A DNA stretch of 64,000 bases, from NCBI GenBank assembly GCA_002633005.1, contig NMRA01000026.1, positions 1,103,330 through 1,167,329 of the forward strand, given 5' to 3'. The notes below the pieces were generated by a model. That model worked only from the letters and a program-made list of their open reading frames with translations. It was not told where the DNA came from and searched no databases. The DNA is from Phoronis australis. Its lineage: Eukaryota; Animalia; Phoronida. Positions 23,521 through 36,600 of the stretch are shown here, piece by piece. A program made the position numbers and the translations under genes. Every line of letters begins with the position of its first letter. Position 1 is the first letter of the stretch.

Positions 23521-25647
23521 AAGGTAATGCGCTCGACCAATGATTTTACTATCAACAGGTGACTCTGCTCATACTGATTAGGGCAACAGTACTCCCTAAT
23601 CACACTATGTAAGCATTTCAGCTGTGTATTTTAAATGGTTTTCACCTCATAAAAAATACATTTACTCTCTTCAACAATCCTTTTTGGTTCTATACATACT
23701 CTCAATGAAGCATGTCTATGGAAATCAAGATGGATTTTGCAATGAATCCTCCAAAATAAGCAATGATAACCTTTTAACATCACACAAGTTAGGCCAGGGA
23801 AATAACCTGTTTAAGTCTAACAAGGGAAACATAGCGCCTTTCAGTGTTGCTGAAATGCCATCTACCCGCAGTACTTGTAAGATTTGTGTACCTTGGACTA
23901 CTCGTTTGCAACCGGCGTGGTGTCACATAACTTCTTCAAAATGGTATGCAAGACATGGAAGCTCAAGCGAAACTCAATATTTAAATTATGCTGACTAAAT
24001 TGTCTCCAGAGTCATACGCAAATCTCGTCAATTATGGATCGAGTAATTTACACCAGGCATTTTATCTGTGACTTTGACACGTTCTCCAATTACTTTTGTA
24101 GACAACTTGACCAATAAACATCATCAGCACCTGTAGATTTTCTTAATTCAACAGCTAACATTCTCAGCAAAGTCGCCTGTCCCATGGGTGCTGCAGACAG
24201 GTTTCTGACGGTGATTCGTGTGGTGCATGTTGGGTGGTACAGACCTTGAACAACAACCACAACAACTAGTAAACTCCCAAAATGTGCGTCTTATCATACC
24301 TTACTACTGGTAAGCAACGACATTAATCAAAGCAAGTACAAGTATTTCTGTGGTTGTCAGTGACAGACTGGAAGGAAATTGGAAGTCACCAGACAAACTT
24401 GAAAGGTTTTCCTTGTACCCAGTCAGCGTTCTCCTGAAGTACCCTGCCATTGGTTGATGTAAGCGTTATGAGCAGCATTGTGTGCGTGCGCATCGGTTCA
24501 CATTGTTAGAGAGTAATGGGAGAGACACCTGTGCTGTGAATGTTTGCAGTTGAATTAGGAAAATATGTAAGTACTGATAATGTTTTTGGTCTCGTTGTCA
24601 ACAAATGAAACTGGTGTTAAACGTGTCAAGGTCGCAGATGAAACGTCTGGTGTAAATTACTCCCAGACTGGTGAGATTTGAGTTGTTACCTAAGTGCCTC
24701 CCAGGCAGCCATGCCGATCTTAATTGCACTTGCATACCTTCAACATACAACAGGGAGAGGAGGCTATCGAACACTACCAAAATTCTCTGATAACTTTGAA
24801 ATAAAATCGACGACATGCACAGAAATTGTTTTCTGCCTCTTTCAACTTCAGCATCTAAGAAGACAGTGACTAAATGACAGTAGGGCAAGCACCTATCACG
24901 ATTCTTCCTCAAAAAGCTGTAACATTTCTTCAGTTAAATTACAAACAATCTTTCATTGTACTTATGGTTTGTATAGTGTTTGTCAGTGAATCCACTAAGC
25001 TGTAGCAACATCGCTATCAAAAATTGATCACATTTCTCAAGTCGTCTGATGAACAGGTCCTCGAGCATTCGGTAAGTGTGTACCAACAAAGTGCTTCTGA
25101 AGAACTGATGATACGCATTTCATCAAAACTATTGGGAGAATTAAAACACCAAACTCTGAATCTATGTTACACAACATAATTTCATTGACTGCTGATTACT
25201 GATAGTATTCTTTTTGAAACTATATTCTAAAAAATACTCGATAAACTGGTCCTGTGACTGTATAGTCAAGTGGCTGGTAAGAGTGCCTGTGGCTGAACAT
25301 TCCCATTACGGAGTCATCGCCCCATCACTTTGCTGAGGTTAGAGCGAGGTATTGCATACTTGAGACTAAACTGAAGTCAATATGTCTGAGAACACACCAA
25401 ATGGCTTGATGGAAACTTTCAGCATGTCTTCAGCATGTTCAATGAAGCCTAAATATGTCACGGTGTAGACAGATCCCTCGTCTTTTCTGCTTCCTCAAGG
25501 TGTGGCTGCCAAGTGACTCGTCACCCCATAACCCTATGCAGGTTTCCATGTTACTGTAATGGCGTTCAGTCTTTAATTTCGTTAACGAAAAGAAGGTCTA
25601 TTCGAAAAAATGTTGATTAAGTTTTTGTTCGAGTTGGAAGGATTTAA

Positions 25648-27335
25648 AGGAGCATGCCACCCAAAAAACAACCTAATTTGTATCGATTTAGATCGAGTAG
25701 TTCTACTCAATAACGACACGTACGGTTGCGATACCTGACACCTGACGGCAATCGGAGGTGTTGAAACTATCCAATGACGTCATCGATTTCACACGCAGTC
25801 TGTTCAGCAGTTCACAACACGGGTTACTGGTGTCACCTTATCGCTAGAAGTCATTGTTTAACAACAATAAATCATCAAACTTCGATGTAAAACCATTAAA
25901 AATACACCGAGTTCTTATAAAAACGTGTTGTTTTATTTCGCTCTTACGGATTTATTTGTATTTGGACACACTGTAGCCTACAAAGTTCGGCAGACCAATG
26001 AGGTCCGTTGCAGGAGTTTGGGGTGTGTTCGGAGATAAATTCGAAGTATTTTCCGTGAGATACAGACAGGAAAACCTAGATCTGTGTTGTTTAGACTTGT
26101 GATTTTTTTAGTTCTAAACATAAAACGCTTGTTATTCTGACCAGTTGCTCGGAGCCTGATCAGGCCCCAGCGTCGCAGCCGGCCGGATTGACTCATTATC
26201 CCGGCCAGTGGCTCAAAAACTGATCAGACATCACGAACATAAACCAGCCAAAGTTCAGGGGAAACTAAACTTCCAGTCAAGAAAATACTATACTAGTGAG
26301 CCAAAGTAATGAGCACGCGATTTTGTTGGTGAATTAGCCACGAAACTGCAAATCTACTTTCACGTCGGGGGCCAGGAATTCAGGTTCCGTTTTGGCCACA
26401 GCACCGTCAGGACAGAAGTTATACATTGACAATCATTATTTGAGTAATGCAAATGTAAATAAAGATTCCCCTAACAACTGGCCGAGGGATGGAAATCTAG
26501 TTGCTTCACAACAGTTTCTGCTAGCAAACACTAAATTAGCATGAGCTCACACGGCCTCGGTGTCCCATCAATTAGTTTTATTGTACCTAAAGCCGGTAAC
26601 ACAGGGATTTATTCATTGCTGGCTTCTCAAATCATTTGCACTCACGAACACTCCAAAGGCATTACAAATTGCACCTAATGGAAAGACTTTGTTTCAGTTT
26701 TATATAAGTATTGGTTAGGGTGAGAATAATTCATTTTGAAACAGAACGCTCAGTAATAAACGCCAACGTGGCAACTCGCAATCCCGACTTAGGACGAGCT
26801 AGAGCTCATCAGTCCCAACTTTGCAGGTGGACCGTTAAGTTTTACAGGCTATCAATTCGAACACGAATACAATGATGAAGAAATACTACTAGAGAGACGC
26901 CGTGACCAAGCTCAGACAACGGAACGTGTGGAGTTACTAGCTAAGCCGGCATTCGTCAGGCACTGTCAATCGGACGTCTGCAGGCCACAGGAACGGAGAT
27001 GTTTCACGGCCTCATACTTGCTATTTGCAGCGTACATTTCATTCTTCACTACCATGAGCCACTTCCTGAGCATTTCGGACTCTCGAGGAAGTAAAAAAAC
27101 GATATACCCGCTTTAATCGCAGCTGCTTATTTCGGACCAGCGGGAACGATGCATCGCAACATAGCGACATTCACTCTGCATATGAACCACTGACGTCGCT
27201 AGCGTCGTTTCTCACCTTCCTCACAGGTTAACGCGACACCTCTTGGCAAGGTAAGGTCGACCGTATATGAGGCAATGTTGATATAGACCGATTAAGATGG
27301 CAAAAAAGACTAATTAAATCAGGTGGCATTCTCCT
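25648..27335. mobile_element. Non-autonomous Kolobok-like DNA transposon, 1688 bp
   Basis: TTAA at 25644-25647 and 27336-27339; 14-bp TIRs AGGAGCATGCCACC / GGTGGCATTCTCCT (1 mismatch); no recognisable coding capacity. Confidence 0.78.
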
Positions 27336-27474
27336 TTAAAGACTACCGACTGTCTCCAAAGGTTTTCATCTACATTCAAAAGGTACATAAAGTAACGTCA
27401 ATTTGATAGTTTAGACACAAAATAAGTGTATTTTGCAGAAAATCTTCCGGTGTACAGGCTTGATTAGGATTCCT

Positions 27475-28670
27475 CAGTACCACCACAGGCATCTTTAATC
27501 AGCCGCTCGTATAATACTATAATATACAGAAGGTATACAAGGGCGATCCAATACGGCCGATGAGCCGACGAGCTCTTACAGATCAAAATTGACTTGACAG
27601 TTAAAAATAAACTTCAAATCATTAATTACAAGTTTAGCTTGTTCGCATAGAGAAGACATAATCATTAGAGACAAGTGGAACCATCATAAGCGAGCAGTAT
27701 GCCTCAAATTCCACAATTCACCGATTAACGATGAGTACTGCGAGATTACGCTCTAATGCACATGCCCAAAATAGCCTCATAGCAAGTGAAAACAACATGC
27801 ATAACATAGTTGCTGATTGGTTGAAAAATTTGTGCAGTTCATTTAGCAGAGGCGCAAGTCAGAGAGGGGAGGTAATAAAACTCAGCGTTTGGTTAGTCAT
27901 GCTTTGTTGAAAACACACTCTGGAACGAAACCGACTTCAAATACTTTTTATATAAAGAGTACATTCGTGTGAGTCAATGAAAACATAGAAAATGGATGAC
28001 CATCTGAGTGTTGTGATGTTTACTTGTTCCAAGAATACGTATTTTAATACGTATTTTCATGACCCTCACCACAGTCACCACCATTGTTACTTTGATTTGA
28101 TGCGACCTTACATTGAGCACGTGCATTGGAAGTGTAGTGACCTTACGTTGAGCACGTGCATTGGAAGTGTAGTGACCTTACGTTGAGCACGTGCATTGGA
28201 AGTGTAGTGACCTTACGTTGAGCACGTGCATTGGAAGTGTAGTGACCTTACGTTGAGCACGTGCATTGGAAGCGTAGTGACCTTACGTTGAGCACGTGCA
28301 TTGGAAGCGTAGTGACCTTACGTTGAGCACGTGCATTGGAAGCGTAGTGACCTTACATTGAGCACGTGCATTGGAAGCGTAGTGACCTTACATTGAGCAC
28401 GTGCATTGGAAGCGTAATCTCCAGTAGCCTATAATTGTTAATCAGTGAGTGACCTTTGGAATTTGAGGCATATTGAATAAATCAGGTGGTTCTATTTGTT
28501 TACAATGGTTGTGCTTTCACTAAACAAATATTAAGTTGAACATCAACGCAATTACCGATTTGAAAAATGTTCCATTAATTTTAATCACTAAGAGATAGCC
28601 TGCTTGTCGCCTGGATTGCTCTTGTATACCTTCTATTTATTACAACTACAAGTGCCTGTGGTACCACTGT
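27475..28670. mobile_element. Old MITE-like element with ~250-bp degenerate inverted arms enclosing a minisatellite
   Basis: Blocks accacaggca, agaaggtatacaag.gc.atcca and tatgcctcaaattcca in 27475-27740 recur in reverse complement in 28420-28670. Confidence 0.6.
28104..28416. repeat. 35-bp minisatellite, 9 copies (GACCTTACRTTGAGCACGTGCATTGGAAGYGTAGT)
   Basis: Units start at 28104, 28139, ... 28384, exactly 35 bp apart; only two variable positions; no spacers. Confidence 0.97.
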
Positions 28671-28696
28671 CCCAACTGGCCACAGTGTAGCCGATG

Positions 28697-29270
28697 AGAC
28701 CCGTCTTTAGCCGACTAGAGATGGTATAGCTCCTATAGGAGCTTCATACGCTGGAAGCTTTTCGGCAAGTTATGCCTCACACTGAGTAAAACATCAAAGT
28801 CACATTGTCATAAATACTTTTCGCCCATAGAGGGACACCTTTGGAGGTCGTCGATGTATTTAATTCTTTCCAACTAGATGAGATACCCCCATTATCAACC
28901 TTTTTCTTCAAGCAGTCCCTCTTTCAGTTCTCAAAATTGGAAACTCAACATTTTTAACACTGCAGGCGGTAGGGGGTATGACGTCATATCCCCTGGCGTG
29001 AGCAGTGTAAAAATGGCCAGTTACCAATCTTGGGAACTGAACGAGGGACTACTCAAATAAAAAGTTTGATAATGAGAGTATTTCTTCAAGTTGGAAGGAA
29101 TTAAATACATCGACAGCCTCATAAGGTGTCCTATACGCAAAAGGTATTCATAATGTGACTTTGATATTTTAGTCAGTATGAGGCATAATTCACCGAAAAG
29201 TTTCCGGCGTATGAAGTTCCTATAGGAGCCACACCGTCTCCAGTGAGTCTAGTCGGCTTGAGACGGCGGT
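28697..29270. mobile_element. Fold-back (fully palindromic) MITE, ~575 bp
   Basis: Arms are imperfect reverse complements along their whole length, with the axis in TATGAC|GTCATA at 28982/28983. Confidence 0.85.
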
Positions 29271-30978
29271 CATTGTCTAACCCCAGTGGAGACTGGATAT
29301 TTATACATTGCTCGTTTCAGGAGGCACGACGTCAATGCTCTCTGGCCCGAGCAGTGCAAAAATGACAAGTTGCCGATTTCGGCAACTGAATGTAGGATTG
29401 TTCAAACAAAAATTTTGATTGCGAGTGTATTTCTTCGAGCTAGGAGTTGGAAAAGTTACAGACATCAACAGCTTAGCATCAACAGCTTAGTTAGCCTGGC
29501 TTAGTAAAAGTTTGGTCGATCTACCCTATCTGAGATCTACCTAAGTTGTCCCCCTATACGTAAAGCAGTAATAGGCTACATATAGCAACATGACTGATTA
29601 TTTAATCAGTGTGAGGAAGAATTCACCGAAAAGCTTCCAGCGTCTTCAAAAGGAATGCTTACTAAGGACAAAAATTCACCTGCTTCCTTCAACAAAATTT
29701 TTCTTCCAGCTTCATCTAGCGTTTTTACCTTCAACACAAGAGAACAATTTAGTACCGCCCTCTGGTGCTATAAATGTGTTGAGAATGGTATTAATCGCAA
29801 ATAATCGCAATGTGTCCCATGTAAATGCATTCACGTTCAAAGATCATGTTCAGTCTGAAATGTGAGCCAGTCGGCATGGGCTGATGAGGTTATGTGGGTA
29901 CAATTAATCTTGAAATCAAAAAATGATAATAACACTTCATGACATACCGCGTAAGTCCTCATGTGTGGAATGTCTTTTCAATGATGGTTTTCATTTTTTC
30001 CATTGGGTTAAAACTACTCATTTTCAGGTCCATTAGCTCAAGATGGATTGTGAAGTTAGCACAATGACAAAAAAAACTCAGCTATTGTATACGCAGGCAC
30101 TGTCGAGAGGTGTGGATGTTTGATAACACATAAATAGATACTGTTTTGACAACAATCTTGATCGACAGCCAGTGCAGCTTAACATAGCTATGGTGTACCC
30201 CCAAGGGAAACGGAAACGCAGCGGGGGATGTTAATCAAACAGATACAGCGCATCGATCTCACGAAATCATATAATCTGATTACAAGATTCGAGTGTATTG
30301 TACAAAGTCATTGAAAGCTGACGTTGTGTTGCAACACTTGCGAGCCTAGTGACCAACAGAAAACAATCTTGTTTGTTAGAATACAGCTAATTGTTGCATG
30401 GCAAGGTGGGTGGTCCAGACACAATTTGAGTTAAAACACATTTTACACACTACTAATTTCCCTGCATTACTATCATGATATAACTAGACTTTAGTCTTTG
30501 AGATAGCTTTCAAATTTACGCGTTTAATACTCTGCCAACCATTGCGTTAGTTAGATATTGTCAACCATTACGTTAGCTATAGATTTTTCTAAACACTTGT
30601 AAATATAATTTGGAAAAATATTAGCAAAATTTTGATTGTGTCGAACTTTAATGGGGAAATCAGACTAACCCAATGATGGTCCATAAACTTACCTACCAAA
30701 CGAAAATATTGTCTAAAATATGTTGACTAAGCGATTGCTATTGGTCAGTCGTTTTCTTTTTCTTTTTTTAAATAATCTGAAGTCCTATAAATGACCAGTA
30801 CCTGACATGGTGACCAGTACAGTAGCTTCACTTATTTCTCAGCTGAAATGAGCATCATAAAAATTCTATTCAATAATTTGCATAATCTGTGCTGAATTGC
30901 TATGGTAAAACAACACTTCTTTGTTACTAAATTTTTCATCATCTACAACTGAGTCAGCCTTCGAAAATTCTAAATTGG

Positions 30979-31134
30979 CAGTGCTGTAGCTGGGCGTAGA
31001 CGCCCGTAGGCGCAGCCAACCACTTTTTAGCATTTGAACGTAGCGCCTACGCACCGTAAGTTACGTTCAGTGTTCAAGGTGACACGGTGGGCTTTGGGCG
31101 CCTACCTACCTCTAATTTTACCACTACAGCACTG
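30979..31134. mobile_element. hAT-type MITE, 156 bp
   Basis: TIR CAGTGCTGTAG ... CTACAGCACTG; 8-bp TSD TAAATTGG / TAAATTGA (1 mismatch). Confidence 0.8.
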
Positions 31135-32112
31135 TAAATTGATCATTTCGGTAATCGTTTGTGAGTGAAATACTTGAAGAATCGCCGTAGAGGATGCATA
31201 AGCCAAGCAAGACATTCACACGGTTTTCAAAACGAAAAGGACGTAAAGACTGGCACCCCAGGCCAATTAAAGTCTATACGTACAAACCAATCATTAGCCA
31301 AATATTGTTTGCAATCGTCGGTTTTTATGTTTGCTTCCTGAAATTATTAGCACTTGAACTGAGACGAGGGTTATCATCTTGAAAACCCCAAGTGGAAATG
31401 GTTGACTTTCCTCTTGTTTAGATTTCCAGTTTCAATTTTTGAGAGCTCTAGGCCTATTTTAGTTGAAAGGCTTAGGCGGCTTTATTTGTCCAAAGTTGTC
31501 TTTAGGCAAATTTTGAAAAGAAAAAGTGGGCGTCCAAGAGCTTCGCGATTCACGTGAGAGAGCTAATGACGTGCCACCAGTAAAGTAGATAAATCTCAGC
31601 ACTTCATTAACGTGTACCTGAAATAATGCGTAACCGGACTGAAATCTCTTCCTTGTCTTCTATTGTATTCTCATCAATGCGGTTAATGTACAAGGACTAT
31701 AAGCGCTTTTATTAACGACGTATAATCTTAAGTAAATTACGATTTGCCGCTTTTGCTGCTAAAAATAACACCATTCAAACATTTCTTAATCACGACTAGT
31801 GATCGATCTGTATGGTTTACTGAGGCATTTACTTATAAATATCTTTTCGATTTAAAATAATTATTTGGGCTTAGCACCGAATCAACTTACTAGATGCTCT
31901 CAGCTCGCTTTCAACTACTGGAATATGGAGTGGCGTGTTTTCGCCAAAAGTCATGCCCAAATCCCGCAACTTAGACTACGCTGGAGCGCCTGTAAGATAA
32001 TTATATGAAATTCAAAGTGAAGGCCAATATCTCATTATAAACCATAGGAACAAAGCCGAGTAAAGCGATTTCGGTAATAAGCCAAATAACAAAAGCGTAA
32101 ATACAATGCTTC

Positions 32113-32126
32113 GTCACCATGGCAAC
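32113..32126. promoter_or_regulatory. RFX X-box-like motif
   Basis: GTCACCATGGCAAC matches the X-box consensus GTYRCYATRGYAAC; motif match only. Confidence 0.4.
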
Positions 32127-35100
32127 TATTGGTTCACCATAAGTTTCCTTTTCGAGAGTCGACTGGATTTAGCCGACCACTTGCAATGGAACTTGTTACA
32201 TGGGCTTCGCTTGTGCTCGGCTGATTCCGTGTGCTCTGTCAGCAGCCGGCCAGCTCGCGTGTGGCCAGAAACGCAGTCGGTCTATCACCGTTACTATCCG
32301 ACTTATGGATCGTGTGTGTCTATCTGTTCCACTGCCCAGATATTTTTGCAGTGATCAAAAGAAGTGTTAGATAACCAACAAGTAGGCTCCGTAACCACCA
32401 CTGTGAACAGGGCTCTCCCGGAGCGAAGAAGTTAAACACATCAATTAGCACTAATAAGTGAAAGCACCGATTTGTGCACAGGTAAAGACACACCTGTGTT
32501 TTGTTATTGAAACAAAAGCATGATCTAACCAGCATTTCATTTGGTCAAAGTGTGAAATGCTCTCCATTATCTTAGCAATACGTGGGGTAAACTGGTCCAG
32601 TAAATGAGTATTGTTCCAAGAGGAGACGGTAGTTGGTCGATAGGAAAGGAATCTTCGAGGAGATATTTATCGCTGCATTTCCTAATAATCGATTATTGGT
32701 AATTAATTAGCCAGTTAGTGTAACGTGAGCGGCCCGATTGAAGACAGGGTTCAGCGGAAGGTGGTTAGGCACACGTATGCCCCCAAAGGCGCTTGACGAA
32801 AATCATCAGTTACAAACACATCAAAGCAAAAACAAACAAATCATTCTCACGCCAACCAAAAGGTTATTTCTCTAAATCCTGGATGAAATGGTGCTTGGAT
32901 CTTTTTGTCTTGGCCTCAAGCACCTCTGTCGTGTCAATTTACTGTCGATTTGAGATTGTCGATTTCAGTTTTTATAAACAACGGAGTGAAAATAAAAACC
33001 AGTGCTGTCGTGAAAAACGCCTGAAAATGAATAAATTCCAACAGCGTTAAATTTTACTGATCTCGGGTAGTCACAGACTTGACGTACTCGATGACGTTAA
33101 CTCCCGGGCAGTGTTGTTGATGAACCCGGACATGCTAATGTTAGTTCCGTGAAGACGATGACAGATCACACAATTAAGATTTCTTAATCTTGGACACTAA
33201 CTTCATTGAGTAAAAACAGGATGCAAGTCTGTCCCACAAAGTGCTATTGAACCAGCAGTCTTTAGTTTGGACCACTTTTTCATTAAAGGAACACTGTCTG
33301 TTCTAGAGCCGCGTCGAGTTCTATTGTTGGGAAAAACAAATATCCTGAAGTCATTGACTTTGACCAGATGTAGTTTAAACAATAAATGACCGTTGCAGCG
33401 TTTTTGCAGTTTTATTAGAAATCCCCGACGTCAGCTTCCTGCATTTGATAGAATTGATTGAAATCGAGGCCAGTGGCCTTAACAGTTAAATATGTTTAAA
33501 TACTGAGCTATTCGTCACATTGGCTTTTAACTCTATATTGCAAAGCGTTGGTCAGCTACCGCTTAGGTCGTTGGTTCTGTTCTGTCGTGGGCTGACGTTA
33601 GAAATAGTCAACATTGTCTCCGATAATGTCCCTGTAAATGGCCTAATAGTGTGGACTATTGGTCCCTAGACAGTGTAGAGGCATACAAAAGTCATACCAT
33701 CGCGTTTAATAAAAAATTGTTTTTATTCAGATAGATGAAAATCGTATGACAGATCACCCGAAGCTGCTGCAGGCGTCAGTGGTTCAGTGAGTATTCGTCG
33801 ATGTACTGGTACAGAGACCATGAGAACAATAGACTTAGCGTTACGTAGGGAAGAAAACCTAAACATTGTTTAACTTAACGAGTAATCCTTTGACTTACAC
33901 AAGTGAATATCGTGAACCCGAAACCACTCACAGGGCGTGAAAGTGCGATCGTGCCTGATGGTGCGGCGTTCGATTCCGTAAACACAGAAAGCTGTCACCA
34001 GTAAACAATACGCATCAAAATGGAATTTTTCATTAACTTTTCACCCTCGTTTCCTTGAAAGCCAGGCTCCAACAACTTGTCAACAGACGGGTTCCAAATG
34101 GACGGAGTGGCATTTGTTTCATTCATCATTTCTTTGTTGAGAATACCAATGATTTATGTTAAAAAAGACATTCCTACACCCTTTGCAACGTAAAAGGGCT
34201 TTCAATATATTCCCATCACTTTCATATTTCTGAAAGACAATGGCATAAGGATAGCTACCAATTTCACAGCCGAGATCTAAACTCAGTCGAACTTGATGGT
34301 CATCAAACTGTTTCGGAATAAACAAAGTGTATTTCTGGACACAGACAGGCTCAAAACGAAATTTGCAAAACTGAATAAAACGCATGGCCGATTTTCATAT
34401 TAAACAAAAGTGACATTAGTGCTAAGCCCACTCCTTGAGACAGAGTTATTTTCTTACGTTCGTCAGCATCCACGGGGATTTGAAAACATTTAGCATAATC
34501 CATAAAACAGAGGTCATTCAAGGTTCGTCGCATTTGGACCCACACAGTGCAAATTTCACACGCATTCCGTTTCCAGATCTGTTGAATTTTTTGTTTCGAG
34601 CGTCGTCAGAAAAGGCGAGCTTGAAATGCGGCGCGGGGTCGTTACTGGCGCCCTGTTTAATTAGTTGTAAATATTTGGCCTTGTTCGGAAACGTGATTAA
34701 TACCTGACATTCTACATTGTCAAGCGTTGTCGAAGGTATATTCAACTGAATGGAAATCGCCTTTTAGTACAACAGATCATGACGCGGTGTTTCATTTTGC
34801 TCTGTGTTTGGGTTGAAACAGTCGCGAATGTAAAATATTTATCTAGAGGAAACAAATTGCTTCTAACATGTTAATACTTTCAAGAACAGAAGGAGTTTTA
34901 GAATGCAAGAGCAAGAGACATCAAAGAGAACTGAAGCCCACCTAACAGGGACGCCATGCGTTGTTACAGAACACGGAAAAATAAATTCACAGAGAAGTCG
35001 TTCTCAGTCATTTTACAACCTCAAACGATGGAGATAGAAGTGGGCTATTTAGAACCCATCTGGAAACTATTTCGGATAATGGGTATTGCTGGTCGGTACC

Positions 35101-36325
35101 TCTCAAAAGACGCCATTAGTGCGCGTTCAAATTGCTGAATGCTTTCTTAGCAAATATCATAAAATGCTAAGTGAGTGAACATGCTGATTAATGTTCTAAT
35201 CAATGTGTATTCTAGTCAGATCTGAAATGTTACATTTTTCCAATCATCGTTCATCCGCCATTTCTTTCATCAAAATCTGTGACGTCAGAGCAGTGCTACC
35301 CTAATGAGATGTTTAAAACGCAATTGATTTTTTTCGAGATACTGTTTCCAGTGATTTAAAGGCTGGTTGCCTGTAGTAGACTGTGGTAGGTGGTTCGTGG
35401 AATTGGAATTTGAAGACCGATTTTTTCATTTTAACCCGCATTTCACCCTGTTTAAATCAGACTAAGAACGAAAATTGAATTAGGCCTTTTATTCTCATGA
35501 AATTCACCTGATAATGTTTCTTGTCGAGATAGGGTCGCATTTTCGTTACCAACTTGAGTCATACACAATGTGCACATGCGCCATTTTTGAATTCGCAATT
35601 TTAGGGTTGACCATCTCCAATAAACTCTGAAGAGTGAGTCGTTGATGGTGTCGATGTTCTTGTTGGTAAAGGGAATGATGAAATCTTATCACGGTACAGA
35701 ACTTTATGAGATCTTAGAGTAAAATTCGCAATTCCATTTTCGTTTGTTACCCAGCTAAACAGGGTGACATGTACCTTTAATAGTTGTCACAAAGTGCTGA
35801 AAGCAATTTTGTGCGACAAAAAGCTCTGCTCATAAAATTAAGTTCAAACTGACAGATTTTATCAGCACTTGATGCGTATATTTAGTCGCGTATGTTCATG
35901 AATAACAAGAATTAGAAAAGTATGTAGATATTGATATAAAATCAAAATACCATGCTTGAATTTACAAGTAAAGAAATTGTGTTTATCATTTAAAGATTTC
36001 AACTTACTTTTATTTTGCCTCGTATATTTATATAACCCCCACTCGCCTCATTCGAGCCTTTTTTCTCTTTGTAATCATTATGGTACACTTAGAAGAATGC
36101 TTGGCAATAACTGCGGATAAAAATGGATTAACGGGTTTACAGCCGAAAAACGTTTCTGAGGATTATTGTTCAATAAGAAAGACTTCTTGAGGTTATTAGC
36201 TTTGACCAGAGCTACAAAATAACATAATCCGCTGTGTGTTTGTAATTTTATTATGAATAGACAAGTTTCGCCGTTGTATGCCAGATATTCTTTGATAGAT
36301 ATGCTCTTTGCATTTATCATTTGCA

Positions 36326-36600
36326 GGTGGCAGAGTGCAAGAGTGTTAACCCGTGATGTGGGTTCGATTCCGCGTTACCGCTATGACATACAAATGTGTA
36401 CGTTGGCAGCAAATTTTTACCTTTCTATACGCTTTCACCCCAATTGTTTCAGATTTCTCTCCTCTGACGATGACGATTGTTGTGATGAAAAATCCAGGAT
36501 TAAGTGTATATTGTGTATCCATAAATTTCTATCTCCTCTGTGTTAGCTATGGATGACTGGTAGGTGTTGCATTGCGCGCCACAACGTGTTTCTTACCAAG
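36326..36600 (+). mobile_element. Degenerate tRNA-derived SINE-like sequence
   Basis: A-box-like GGTGGCAGAGTG and B-box GGTTCGATTCC at tRNA-like spacing; no complete cloverleaf; 3' boundary approximate. Confidence 0.4.

Noticed and set aside
28104-28416. CRISPR-like regular array
   Set aside because: Units are contiguous with no unique spacers, there are no cas genes, and the context is eukaryotic; it is a minisatellite.
36326-36400. tRNA gene
   Set aside because: Only A/B-box-like motifs; no acceptor or anticodon stems, so treated as a SINE relic.
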